A DNA stretch of 63,879 bases, filler included, from Octopus bimaculoides (GCF_001194135.2; 6 parts of 5 records of this genome joined end to end with filler, not necessarily neighbours in it), one strand, 5' to 3'; counted from the whole stretch's first letter, positions 12,679 to 25,960 are shown. Made by a program: numbers and translations. The notes: generated by a model from the sequence alone, not told the origin.

Positions 12679-14394
12679 GTGTGAGCTTGGAAACACACAT
12701 TACGGCATAGTAGTGTATATCATGATATTTATACGAGTATATTTTTTTTAACAAAAATGCCCACAAATTATTGCGATAAATTGAATTTAAATATATTTTG
12801 CACTGCTAATGTGATTATATATTTATAAAAGAAAAGTTTTAACTTCTGATAAACACTAGTTGTAAAATGCATGTGATCTTATATCATTTCATGGTTTCTC
12901 ATAGGTCTTTGATATCGCTGAGTTGCTTTTTAGGAACGTCTCCAAGGAATGTATCTTTCTGATATATATAGACATTTTCAGAAGAGATGTTATGAGACTT
13001 TCTCTAACTATTTCACTGTCAGAGGTAGATTAATGTTTCAATAATCAAATTAGAAACGCGACATTAAAATTTTGAATTGGTAAAACTAACATCGATTTCA
13101 AAAATGTTTACTCTGTTGTATATAGTGAATAATGTTACGTGATAATATGTTTATTTTCTCTTTGAAAACTCAAGTAATATATATTATATTAGTTGCCGAC
13201 AGAGAGAATGTGAACTAATTCTTTGTTGAAATACCTAAAATCACACACATAAAGTTATAAGTAATTGGTTATAATTATCTTCAAAACATTTTGGATAGAA
13301 AAAAGCTAAGGCTAGTCCACGTCTGACCTTCTACAAGAACCCACATCCCCTGTAGACATGCAAGCAATTAACACTGTTTTATAACGCTTGCATGTTTAGC
13401 TCTTTTCTGAGTATTTCTATATATTGAGACATTTTACTATAGTACTTTTGTTTATATCCATTATTGGTATTGCTATCTTCTGTTGCTAACTTCCAGATAA
13501 GCATTGAATGAGGAAAGGTAAAATATTTCTGCAATTCCAGAACTACATGCTCCAGCTGTCATTTCCAGCAGCGTCAACGACCTCCTCATAATCTCTATTT
13601 ATTTTTGCATCATTATGCATAGATATATCAGAAAGATTTCAATGTTTAAGCTATCTTTTGTCTCTTTAGGTAATTAATGTTCGACATTCTGAATAAAATA
13701 TATTGGTGCTAAATGTATATGCAGCGATACTGAGATTTATCGTAATGGTTTCCTCCTGATGAGGAAACCATCAGGAAGGAGAGTATCGTAACGAGGGTGG
13801 GCAATGTGTTTTTGTATATGGACCATTTAAGACGCCATTTATACATTCAATGCACCCCAGAAACGACCGTAGATGATGTCCTTTATCTGAAGTACTATAT
13901 ATATCTTATCTAATAATCTTTACCAAATTTATTTAAACTTTGAAACCTCATCCGACAATTCATATAAACATCAAATATCAAATCCTTAATCGATTGGAAC
14001 AGTTCATTTTGGAAACCCTTACCTTGGATTTTTGTCTCTATATTTGTCACTTCCCCATTCGATACCTGAACCCAACGTACATGATGCTTAGTTTTTACAC
14101 AGAACTTTTACATGCAATTTTATTCCTTTATTTTTTATACGTATATTTCTTTCGTTGCGGGCTTTAAATTTTGGTTTGGAATTTGTATTGATTGAATAGA
14201 TATGTACCTTATATAATTTCTCTTATCCTTCGAATTAGCTCATAATGTGCACTTCTTCATGCAACCAATATATTGTGAAGTATACTTAAAAACATAGTTT
14301 ATAAGTAANNNNNNNNNNNNNNNNNNNNNNNNNNNNNNNNNNNNNNNNNNNNNNNNNNNNNNNNNNNNNNNNNNNNNNCATATATATGTGTGTG

Positions 14395-14450
<56 letters not shown>

Positions 14451-14502
14451 CACACACATATGTATGAATGTCTGTCTGTATGTATGTATGTGTATATGTA
14501 TA

Positions 14503-14718
14503 CGAGGGGCAACTGAAAAGTACATTGCCTTGAATAAAATGAAATACAGGAGGATCAGTTAATTATGATTTTATTCAACATATACCTCTCTGAGATTCCT
14601 ACACTTATTGCAACATTTCTTCAATTTTTCGAAGCTTTGTAAAAGCATACGGAAGTTTGGGCCTTCAACTAGGCCTTTCGTGATACCCTTAAAGCCAGGA
14701 ATTTTTAGCATCTCCTCG
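14503..14718 (-). mobile_element. Mariner-derived MITE retaining the transposase C-terminus (216 bp)
   Basis: Imperfect TIRs TA|CGAGGGGCAACTGAAAAGT and TA|CGAGGAGATGCTAAAAATT. Minus strand encodes FEKLKKCCNKCRNLREVYVE*, resembling mariner C-termini. Confidence 0.72.
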
Positions 14719-15822
14719 TATAATGGAGCACGTGTATGTGCGTGCAACCCTATTCGTTTACATTATATTATCTTCGTCGCATATGTCTAACGGTATTAGA
14801 AATATTTCTCATGAGACAGATGCTTGAACGTGAACAAAGTTTGAGATTATAAGCTGTCAGCGTTCATATAATTATATCGTTTCCTCTTGGTATGTTCTAA
14901 GGTAATAATTTGTGGATTCTGCCTCTGACTTGATACTTATCTAGTTTAAGAAATGCGTATCTATTAGCGTCGTATGATTCGGTTTCTAACGTGTACAAAA
15001 CAATAGGCATTGGAAGTATTTCAACATGGTTATCATATCCCAGAGCATTTTTGTTACACAATTCATAGCCTTTAAACATTTAATATATCTAATATCATCA
15101 CAGATCATGTAGTTGGGAGGTTTGTGTGACAAATATAGCTTTCGATCACTCAAAATTGACCTTCTTAAGTAGATTAATGTCAGCATTTCGGTTATAAAAC
15201 AACACTATTGAAATGACACCTTTTATTTTTTCGGTTTTTTTTTGTTTTTTTTTTTAAAGATCACTTGAAACTATCACATCGACAATATTTTAAAGAAATT
15301 TTATGGAGATTGTTGATCTGCAAAAATTCTTTGAAGTTTGAGGAGTTTTCAAGAAACAGGTGGATAGAGAAAGACATTTAAATATCAATACTTTTTATTC
15401 CGTATTTAAATCCAAGGTTTTATTGTATTTAAGTATAGTATTTTTTTTTATCATAGTTTAATTTGATATCTTGTCACCTTTATCGAATGTTCACACTACA
15501 GAAGATATTTTCAGAAAAATCAAATACAGATACTTGTTCAGTATTTTTAACATCCTCCAAGTGAATACGGCAAGTGATTCATGTGTTAAAGTGGATATAA
15601 AGTTGATTAACTATATGGGCGAGGAGTGGGGTAATGATTAAAGGAAAGAATGATACGAGGTGCGTTTTCACATACACAATACACGCATACATACCACCAC
15701 ATTCCCTCCTACACAAACACCTACCAACACACAACACGTACACACTAAAGCACACACGCGCACACACACTCACATATATACATATGTATATACATATATA
15801 CACTTACATATATACATATGTA

Positions 15823-15864
<42 letters not shown>

Positions 15865-16542
15865 NNNNNNNNNNNNNNNNNNNNNNNNNNNNNNNNNNNN
15901 NNNNNNNNNNNNNNNNNNNNNNNNNNNNNNNNNNNNNNNNNNNNNNNNNNNNNNNNNNNNNNNNNNNNNNNNNNNNNNNNNNNNNNNNNNNNNNNNNNNN
16001 NNNNNNNNNNNNNNNNNNNNNNNNNNNNNNNNNNNNNNNNNNNNNNNNNNNNNNNNNNNNNNNNNNNNNNNNNNNNNNNNNNNNNNNNNNNNNNNNNNNN
16101 NNNNNNNNNNNNNNNNNNNNNNNNNNNNNNNNNNNNNNNNNNNNNNNNNNNNNNNNNNNNNNNNNNNNNNNNNNNNNNNNNNNNNNNNNNNNNNNNNNNN
16201 NNNNNNNNNNNNNNNNNNNNNNNNNNNNNNNNNNNNNNNNNNNNNNNNNNNNNNNNNNNNNNNNNNNNNNNNNNNNNNNNNNNNNNNNNNNNNNNNNNNN
16301 NNNNNNNNNNNNNNNNNNNNNNNNNNNNNNNNNNNNNNNNNNNNNNNNNNNNNNNNNNNNNNNNNNNNNNNNNNNNNNNNNNNNNNNNNNNNNNNNNNNN
16401 NNNNNNNNNNNNNNNNNNNNNNNNNNNNNNNNNNNNNNNNNNNNNNNNNNNNNNNNNNNNNNNNNNNNNNNNNNNNNNNNNNNNNNNNNNNNNNNNNNNN
16501 NNNNNNNNNNNNNNNNNNNNNNNNNNNNNNNNNNNNNNNNNN

Positions 16543-16595
<53 letters not shown>

Positions 16596-17039
16596 CAGGA
16601 AGGTTCATATGTAAGCATTTATACATATATGTTATAAAGAGGCAAAGTAAAAATGTGCATACGTGTATTTGTGTATGCATGTATGTATGTGAGCACAAAT
16701 ATTCTTCCCTGGGTAGAATTCTGGTCTTTATCAATAGCTATAGATTTTGATATTTCTCCCTCATTTTTTTTTCTTTCCTCTATGTGGATTCTTTTCTATA
16801 TAATATATACTATCTAATTTGCACAAGAAGAGCTGAATCACGAGCTATACTAAGCTATTTGCAATGTTTATATCTGTAGAAATTGAGAAATACTGAGTGA
16901 GGATTCATCAGTCTTCTCTAAAAGCACTGATACTCTATTTAAAACACCCGTCATTAATTGCAATAAAAAACGTATTCTATCTGTCTGTGTACATTCACGT
17001 GCATACGTACGTGCACACATACACATGTGCTTATATAGA

Positions 17040-17700
17040 AGTACATACTGCCCACAGATTCCCACTCAACTCTGACATTCAACTACTCCTCTACCTACAC
17101 AACTGCATACCACCTACCTCGGTACCCTCACCCACAATCACCATATACGCACAGTGATACACACTGTTCAACTCATCACTCATTTCACACACCATTACAC
17201 ATACACCCATAATTTGTTTTCCTATGCCACACACACTTCTCAGCCCCCCCCCACATACACTATCATCCACCTACCCACACGCAATCTTCAATTGCCACAC
17301 ATACCGCTATATCAGCAACCACACACACTACTTAATTTGCACACGCCACGCACCATCATGCACACTCCTACACCCACTTAAGCACATAATACCTGAACAC
17401 AGACAATTTATACACAAAAACGCAACGCGCATAAACATACGCATAAACACATAGACATAAATAACTTCCGGCCACATACCTACACTATACACATGCACAA
17501 TATTTGTTCACAGAGATACATGCAAACACAGACACACATACACATGTGCAAACACCACATGAGAAAGAACACATAAACTCCTACACACACATAAACCCGC
17601 ACGTTAGACACGAATACACCCCCACAAACACATCATATGCCCTCGCACCCTTACACACTTACACATTCCCACATACCATTCTCACATGCACACACATGCG
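17040..17700. repeat. Degenerate CA-rich low-complexity region
   Basis: ACAC/CATA/CCAC-dominated sequence yielding His/Thr-rich ORFs. Confidence 0.85.
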
Positions 17701-17869
17701 TGTACATTTTAGCTTGTTGGGATCACCATTATTATTTCCCTTCCATTCAAACTCTATTATTATCTCCGTTTCATTCAGCCTGTTCTTTTTTGTTAAGAAT
17801 CATTCGCCATGATGGAGCGCTGAACTCTACATGACTATTTTCTTATTCTCTATTTATTTCCTCGTATTC

Positions 17870-17905
17870 CTTTCTGTCGAAGAGCGTAGGCCCGAAATGT
17901 AAAAG
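17870..17905 (+). ncRNA. Degenerate minimal hammerhead ribozyme motif
   Basis: CTTT-CTGTCGA-A-GAGC gtag GCCC-GAAA-TG-TA-AAAG. Helix I CTTT/AAAG; A6 replaced by T; one helix II mismatch; helix III ATGT could be CpG decay of ACGT. Confidence 0.45.
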
Positions 17906-18795
17906 ACTTCCATTTTTCCCTAGCGTCAAACTCTGTCTTCGCCTTTTGTTTTTCTATAAATTTGAGCTATATGTATGTGTGTGTGCTGTGTGTGTATGGG
18001 TACATATACACAGGACAAATATCAATACTAAAAGCAAAGACAATGAAATTGAAACAAGAATAGCATTTAAACGGCATTTAAAATGATATAGAGATAACCG
18101 TGTCAAATAGTTCATACAATGGAAGAAAATTTAAAAGGATATATACAGGAAAATACTAGTTTCCTCATTGCAATTTACACATGGATTGTATGTGTTGTCA
18201 TGGGAAAATGGAGACAATTTTTTACGCTGCACACACTAGCGCTTGACATAGTAATACCTCCCCACTGTACGCTTATCGGGAAAGCAGAAAAGATATTCCT
18301 ACCTGAAATGTGCAATACACTTCACTTACCTAATGACAATATTCAAAGCCAGTGTCAGCCGTGGTAGTGAAGCACAATGTATTTAACTCCAACACAAAAT
18401 AATGTGCAACAGCTGACATGATTACAAATGAAAATGAGTGAAAGTCATGCGCTTAGAAACGCACACATACACAAATAAGAAAACCAAGGTGGACACCACA
18501 ATCACCAACAATTATTACATTATTTGCATTATCAATACTCAACATTTTTCTCAACTCACGTAAATGGCAAAGGCCTATATATTAATATCTTGTTGGAGAG
18601 TTTAACTGAGAACCTAAAGGTAATAGCTATATAGCTACATACTAGGTATAATAGTCGCTTCTAAATAGAAAGCTTGTCAACTGGCTTCTTTACTTTTACC
18701 AACACTATTCCTCTTAAAATGTGCTCAAAGCACAACTCTCTCGCTCTCTCTCTCTCCCCCTCTCTCTCTCTCTATCTATCTATCTCTCTCTGTAC

Positions 18796-18962
18796 TTGAA
18801 AAGGTGAAAACAAGCAATGTTAATTCTCTAAATGTTTTCACCTTTTCAATATCAGTGAAGAATGCCACTGGAAAAGAAGATATAAGATTTGCCAGGTTTT
18901 TCTCTCTCACCAAGGTCATCGGCTGTCGAGCGCCGACGAAGGGAAATAACCCTGAAATCCGG
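18796..18962 (+). mobile_element. Second copy of the 35.4-kb HHR-bearing repeat, preceded by an inverted fragment of its 3' end; truncated by an N gap
   Basis: 18861-18962 is nearly identical to 35396-35497 (three differences seen). 18812-18834 is the exact reverse complement of 35689-35711. The core reads CCGACGA (U4C). Confidence 0.85.
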
Positions 18963-19844
18963 NNNNNNNNNNNNNNNNNNNNNNNNNNNNNNNNNNNNNN
19001 NNNNNNTTAATTAATTAANNNNNNNNNNNNNNNNNNNNNNNNNNNNNNNNNNNNNNNNNNNNGTAGGGTTAGGGTTAATTGTTTCAGAATCGTTTGTTTA
19101 TGTAGTCGGCACTTAATGTATATCGACTGAATGGACGTCAGTGATTGGTTGAAATTACAGAAATACGACAACTTTCACATGGAATAACTTATGGATTTCT
19201 TTTTTTTTTAAGAAGACTAAGAGAAAAAGATGTTTTATATGACACATTCTACCAGTGTTCCAAGTTTCAAAGTGTTTCGTTAATGAAAAATGTGGCCCCC
19301 GTTTTAAAAAAGATCCCGTTATGATATTGATTTATCACCAGACTGGAAATCTGGTCTTAATGCTTGCAACAGATTGACTCCGCTAAATGCATCCAATGGC
19401 TAGGTTGTAAGAATCCCGGTGAAGGATCAGGTATATCACCCAAAAATAAGTGTGCTAAATTGGACAGGCTTCCACCCACAACAACGTGATTGCAAAGCGA
19501 AGTTCTAAACCACGCCGCCATAGCTGCGTCCCAATGCAGTATGCAAGTAGAGATGAAAGCGCTGTCATGGATATACGATGTGAACGATTTAAGAATGTTG
19601 TTTTGTCACTTGAGAGAAAAACAAAAAGAAAAAAAGAACTGATAAGGCAAGATGTCAAGATGCTGGGCTTCACACACAGATGAGGCGATAAAAGACAGAG
19701 ATACTTAGCAACAACAAATTCAACCAATCAAAACCAGCATGGAAGAGCGGACGTGATGTCGATAACGATGGCTTGTAATTTCTTCTGAAACGAATTTCAA
19801 AATTCACCGTTTAATTTACAGAGTAAGAATTAATATTGATTTCA

Positions 19845-20032
19845 AATTTTGACACAAGGCCAGCAATTTCGAGGGATGGGGTAAGCCGATTACATCGACA
19901 ACCGTACTCAACTGGTACTTATTTTATCGACCACGAAAGGCTGAAAGGCAAAGTGAAATCGACGGAATTTGAACTTAAACAGACGAAATGCCGCTATGCA
20001 TTTCACCCTGCATGCTAACGATTCTGACAGCT
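19845..20032 (-). mobile_element. Family-A SINE
   Basis: Same motif set on the minus strand. Confidence 0.85.
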
Positions 20033-20409
20033 AAGAATTGATATTAGAACGGTTTTAACAGGACGACGAATTTGTTGAAAGTTATATAGGAATTTATAAA
20101 ATAATAATTTACCATAACTATTTTCTTCAAATCTAGCTGAAAAATTTCTTGCGCAGTTCAAGAAATAAACACGGTGTTTATTTAGCTTGCTATGTACGAC
20201 CCGCACAGGGCGGTCACTTCATGTATGTGGATTTGTTGCAGTCGAAGGTATGTTACGTTTAAGTAAAGAAGCAGCTAATTTGGCTACCACACAGGGAGAT
20301 CAAAACTTACGTAGCACCACTGAGTAAACATTAGGATGAAATCTCAACTTTCCTGACAGACTAACAAGAAATTTAACTACAATAATAATAGGAAAAAGAA
20401 GAAGAAGAA

Positions 20410-20720
20410 TTTATTCTTTTATTAGCCACAGGGGCTCACATACAATGACATTAAAGGACATGCAACAACATAAAAGACAAAAACGGGACAATACAATGGG
20501 TTTTCCGCGTGTAAACAATATAAATAACTATCAAAATTGAACAAATTAAANNNNNNNNNNTTCCGCGTGTAAACAATATAAATAACAATCAAAATTGAAC
20601 AAATTAAAACTCTCAATAGCGGAGACGCTTTAAGGTCCTCGTGGAGAACCTCAGAAAAGCCACGGGTGCCTGATCAACAGGGCAAGAGCTTTTCTCCTTT
20701 TTTACAGGTGCACGCTCAGA
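20410..20720 (-). mobile_element. Probable 3' end of a Tx1-like LINE
   Basis: Patchy similarity to 50450-50620 (TTATT...GGG.TCAC...AATGACA; GGAGAC...). The duplication across the 10-N gap is an assembly overlap. Confidence 0.4.
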
Positions 20721-20782
20721 ATTGGTTCTTTCACACTGCTGGCCATTCTTCCAAAATAATAATAATAATAATAATAATAATA

Positions 20783-20818
<36 letters not shown>

Positions 20819-22119
20819 AATAATAATAATAAGGATGAGGAAAATTGCAACAGGCAGAATTGAGACATCGTACTCGAAATAAAAGATTAACTCATTAATT
20901 TTTATTCAGCGTCTGTGTTTCTTAACTAGTGTAGAATTCTACTGTCATTAGCATAACGTAGATATTAATTCTACAATATGAAACCTAAACCAGCGGAAAC
21001 AACGCGTCTTAAGTTAGAAACTAAGTATTATATTTTATTCACGCTTAAAAATAACTCTAGTGCGCATCTGATTCGTCTCTTTAACAAGCATACTTACTAG
21101 GATTGTTTTTTGTTTTTTGTTTTTTTGTAAATCTTTATAAGTTTTTAATTGCACAGAAGTAGTATTATTTTCCTGGTATTCAGTACTACAGACATAATAC
21201 TACTTCTATTAAAACACAATAATATATTTTTCTCCAATTAGTGACCGGATATATATTTTTGCAGGCTTTCTTATATGTTTACCGATATATAGATAACCTT
21301 TTTGCTAGTGTTTTTAGTATTTGAAGGCAACTCAAAATGGACATTCCTTCAAAATCAGCCAAGAATTTGATACCAACTGTAAAAGGAGACCAACTGCACA
21401 AAAGCTGTTACGCTTCAATGTCCGCCATTGCGATTCTGTTTCCTCTCTTAAAAAAATATATATATCTGCTACGAAATGGCAAAGAAGGGGAAGTCTAGCA
21501 ATTAGTCTTTCAGCCAAAATATCTCTAATATTTCCTGCTTTCCACTCAAATATCTGTTGTTGTCGTTGTCGACCCTCAAATCTGTTCTGATTGATCAGAC
21601 CCTATTATCAAAAGTGCTCCCATTTTTTAGTGCATTTAAGACTACATTGTCTAATATTTTATTATTAAAAAAGAATAAAAAACACGTTAAAGTGTGGCTT
21701 GAAGGTGTTTGATTGATATTTCTAGAAGAATGAACTACTGCATAATTTATGTTTGCAAATAAAGAAAGTATTGGAAAATACTGCATTAATCACTGAATAA
21801 CTTATGTTGTTATTCATACTAAATTTTTATATATGAAAGTATAACAACAGAAACGGGAGTCATTTAAGAGTTTAACTTCTCAGAGATATGTCTTAGCGAC
21901 ATTCTGATCATTCCAAATAGCACAATATTCAATATTAAATTCAGTTTTTAACAAGTTTTCTTTTCTTTTTTTCTTTTGGGGATAATTGCAACGTTCTTCC
22001 GTGAATGCAGAGAACAAGTTTAAACAAATTTTTTTCCCAAGGGTCTCGCACCTTTTTTCAAGGTGCAAAGCTTTTTTTGGTCATGGGCTGAGGAGATGTA
22101 ATAGGTAGATTCGATTCCA

Positions 22120-22530
22120 ATCCCCCTGTTATTGAATACGTACACAAGTATCAGCATTGGTGGAACATTCCGATCAGAACATCAGTCAAGTGTAAGCATA
22201 ACAGACCGGATATTGTTCTTTGGGACTGACAAAAGAGAGCATGCACCATTATAGAGGTCAACTGCCCTAGTGATTTGAAAACTAAAGAGACAAAAGATAA
22301 CTATGGACAACTGTTTCGAAACCTCCAGCTTCTATATCTGGATTATAAGTTTATATTTATACCCATAATAATTCATGCACTTGATTTTGCAAGAAAATGC
22401 CTAACTGCCAGTCTGGATAAGCTTGGGTTTTTATAAAAAGAAATCAACCAACTGACTCACGTATTACAAATATAATCTGTAAGTAGAACGATAAAACTAT
22501 GCAAGACTTTTCCCAAATCTTAAGTGTGAG
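22120..22530 (+). pseudogene. C-terminal restriction-like endonuclease (REL) domain of an R2/R4-group non-LTR retrotransposon
   Basis: Conceptual translation HKYQHWWNIPIRTSVKCKHNRPDIVLWD*QKRACTIIEVNCPSD...LQLLYLDYKFIFIPIII shows the RPD..(D/E) REL signature with stops. Confidence 0.8.
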
Positions 22531-22678
22531 ATTGTGACATTCCAACGATGGAGCTTTGTATTTTTGTTAGAAACCAGCTCCTTCTTCACAGGAAGAAGTT
22601 AAATAATTAAAAGCCGAAAAGAACATACATACATACTGACATACGTATATATATATATATCTGCATGTAAATATATAT

Positions 22679-22891
22679 TTCTTTATTGCCCACAGGAGGC
22701 TAAACACAGAGGGGACAAACAAAGGGATTAAGTCGATTACATCAACTCCAGTGCGTAACTGGTACTTATTTAATCGATCCTGAAAGGATGAAGTCGACTT
22801 CGGCGGAATTTGAACTCAGAACGTAAAGGCAGACGAAATACCGCTGAGCATTTCGCCCGGCGTGCTAACGTTTCTGCCAGCTCGCCACCTT
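22679..22891 (-). mobile_element. Family-A SINE, full length
   Basis: Complete head-to-tail match to the other copies. Confidence 0.93.
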
Positions 22892-22902
22892 AAATATATG
22901 TA

Positions 22903-22981
<79 letters not shown>

Positions 22982-24121
22982 GGTATGTATGTCTGTATAT
23001 GTATGTACGTTATGTATATATGTAGGTATATGTATGTATATTAGATTTGGTATTAGGTGTTGGGGATTGGAAAAATAGAAACCTTCGCATGCTCCACAGA
23101 TCTTTCCAGTAAAGAATATGTTCACACTAAAATAGATTGTTTAAAATTATCTTAACGGTACCTCACTATATATTACAACAGTTTCTATCACATGTGTTTG
23201 TTATTTCAATGTTGATTGGAATGTATCTCTGAACGCTGGCATTAAATATCCTAATCAACCACGTATATATTTTAACAGAACCGGCGATATGTTGTCAGAA
23301 GTCGAATTAGTGTTATATGAAAACTACAGATTAAGAACTGAATGTAATTGTGGCGTAACTTGTTGATTTCGCGAAAGACAGATGTTATAACGTTTAGACT
23401 GATTAAACCTAGAAAATGGTTAGCATATAGGCACAGGTATAGTTGTGTGGTGAAGTTAGCTTTGCAACCTTACTTCTTCTCTTTTAAACACACTGGTAGG
23501 TGATCCGATCCCTTCGTGGTCGTTTAGTATGCTAGAAATAGCAGGGATCACATGGGGCTCAAAACAACTTTTTTCAACATGACTGTAATTCTATCATCAA
23601 AACGATGAGGTAACAAAATCAAGATGCATGAAATATCCATCCCATCCTTTTCTTTCCACATTAAATCCTATATAATAGTAACTTAACCCATCTGAAAGTT
23701 ATCTGAAGAAAATTTTATCAAAAAGTAACCATTTTTCAGAAAGCTATGAGGAAACAAAATTGAGGCGTGTGAATTATCCGAAACTCCTTTTCCAAAAAAG
23801 ATTTTCAGCTCAAATTCGGATACATTTGTAATCTCCAACATTTGAAACGCATTTGTAAAAACATTCATTAATGAATGTCCAATTTTCAGAAAGTTATAAA
23901 GAAACAATTTCGGCAGGGCACATTTCTGCAGTGATGCCCTAAATTTATCAAGTGAGTAAATATTATCAAACGAATAGGGGATTCGAAGAAAAATTAGATG
24001 TTACACAGGTTGGGAATCAAATGTGTAAATATCATTTAGCAACTAGCAGAAAGCCGCCCAGAGGACAGTCTTACATTCTACATTTTTCTAGAGTATATAT
24101 TTAATATACTTTTGCAAGAGT

Positions 24122-24175
24122 GGTGACAGTATCACTTCGAGAGGTGACAGTATCACTTCGAGAGGTGACAGTATC
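24122..24175. repeat. 21-bp tandem repeat GGTGACAGTATCACTTCGAGA x2.6
   Basis: Two exact units plus 12 bp of a third. Confidence 0.95.
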
Positions 24176-24217
24176 CTTCTTGTGAAAGTATAACGTGTGT
24201 GTGTGTGTGTATTATAG

Positions 24218-24261
<44 letters not shown>

Positions 24262-25049
24262 ATTCAACTAGTTGCGACTATCGTAGTCTTTAAATATAAG
24301 ATGAAAAGGAAAAAAATGATTACCGTAGAGTAATCTTTGTCGAAGTATGTGATTTATATGCACGTTCTTCGTTTAGTAGACCTACCAGACGATATATACG
24401 ATCGTTTGTGAGGTTATTTGTAAAGGTCACGTACCTATGTTAAAAACAACATAACATTTATAGCGTCTTTGATGAGTTAGTTTACCTACTTCGTTATGTT
24501 GTACTGTTTTTTATAGTAATTACGACACACCATGACACCATGGCAACGTTGGGAGATAAAAAGGTCAAGAAAAACCAGCGGAACAAGGCAACCTTTCTGT
24601 ATGGTCATTTAGATTGCTAGAAGTAGCAGCTAAATCGTCCTCTAATCACGCCCTCACTATCTAAGAGAAAGAGATATGTAAAGGACAAAGTGATATACTG
24701 TCTGGAAAACTGGGTGCGCTCTCTTATCTGCGGAGTTTTGAAAAAGCTATCACTATTTCATGGAGAAGGATGAGGGCAAGGAATTAGGTGGATCTTTCCT
24801 TCTGTGAAAGAATATTTCGTCCAAAAAATTATTTTTTTTTTACCTTTTTGTATCCGCTTCCAATTCCGTGCTCTTGCAAGTTAATTTTACAGTTATATTT
24901 ATCTCATGAGATAGGTGTATTATTAACAATAAACAAAAATATAAAACACGTAGGGTAGGCATGGTCGGAAATAGTGGCGTAGCTAGAGTGTGTGCCGCTC
25001 ACAGTAACCCTTGGGTTTGCTGCTGCCCCTATATAGGCTTTTCAGCAGA

Positions 25050-25560
25050 TCCAAAAGTGCTACCCCGGTAAATACGGCAGGCCGGATACCTCCCACTTGT
25101 CTTCTCTCGTTTATGCTAATGCTACAAGGTGGAAATACTTTTAAACATAGATGCTTGATAAGGCTGCAGTTAAACAGCAACGGGAGGCAGGCAGTTTTTC
25201 TTTGCCTGGTGGCCTGAGCTAAAGAGGTTGTATGGTGGACCAGATTGAAAGGGCTGAAGACAGATACTTGCCTTTTTCGCCAAACCCTCATCAACTTTTT
25301 CAAGTTTCACTTAAGAAGGAAAGTGAAGATAGAAAGGGAAGTGCTGCCAACCAGCAATTTTGTGAAAAGGTGGATGGATGTTGCAAGAATGGTCCGAGTG
25401 AACTTCTCTAAGCATGCGCCTGTAAGTTGAAAGAGAACGGTGTGGAGAGGGCACTTGCTCTAATGGTCAGGGCATCCGTGGTTTTGTGGTGTCTCCACAA
25501 GCAACCCTAGGAAGTTTCCATCGTTTGAGGAATTATGCATTGTTATAATTATTTTTTTGT
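25050..25560 (+). pseudogene. 5'-truncated Tx1/L1-clade LINE: ORF2 C-terminus and 3' UTR
   Basis: FFKFHLRRKVKIEREVLPTSNFVKRWMDVARMVRVN is homologous to RVESEVLLPNNFVKRWMYVGK in the 50.6-50.9 kb copy. Confidence 0.85.
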
Positions 25561-25561
25561 T

Positions 25562-25663
25562 ATAGGCATTGGAGTGGCTGTGTGGTAAGTAGCTTGCTTA
25601 CTAACCACATGGTTTCGGGTTCAGTCGTACTACGTGGCATCTTGGGCAAGTGTCTTCTACTAT
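25562..25663 (+). mobile_element. tRNA-derived SINE, family B (5' part, cut by gap)
   Basis: GGAGTGGCTGTGTGGTAAG (A box) ...GGGTTCAGTC (B box)...GGGCAAGTGTCTTCTACTAT. Confidence 0.88.
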
Positions 25664-25960
25664 NNNNNNNNNNNNNNNNNNNNNNNNNNNNNNNNNNNNN
25701 NNNNNNNNNNNNNNNNNNNNNNNNNNNNNNNNNNNNNNNNNNNNNNNNNNNNNNNNNNNNNNNNNNNNNNNNNNNNNNNNNNNNNNNNNNNNNNNNNNNN
25801 NNNNNNNNNNNNNNNNNNNNNNNNNNNNNNNNNNNNNNNNNNNNNNNNNNNNNNNNNNNNNNNNNNNNNNNNNNNNNNNNNNNNNNNNNNNNNNNNNNNN
25901 NNNNNNNNNNNNNNNNNNNNNNNNNNNNNNNNNNNNNNNNNNNNNNNNNNNNNNNNNNNN

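Noticed and set aside
13651-13668. 18-bp inverted match to 22285-22302 (CTAAAGAGACAAAAGATA)
   Set aside because: The flanks do not align; probably chance in A-rich sequence.
15634-16734. 200-330 aa ORFs here and at 25.6, 27.2, 34.6 and 60.4 kb
   Set aside because: They are open only because they run through N gaps.
20505-20608. ~45-50-bp direct repeats flanking 10-N gaps (also 63300-63410)
   Set aside because: Unmerged contig overlaps.
21321-21590. Overlapping ORFs and a possible 73-nt minus-strand exon
   Set aside because: Splice signals are only moderate and there is no homology I can recognise.
24122-24175. Repeat array as CRISPR
   Set aside because: No spacers, eukaryotic context and no cas genes.
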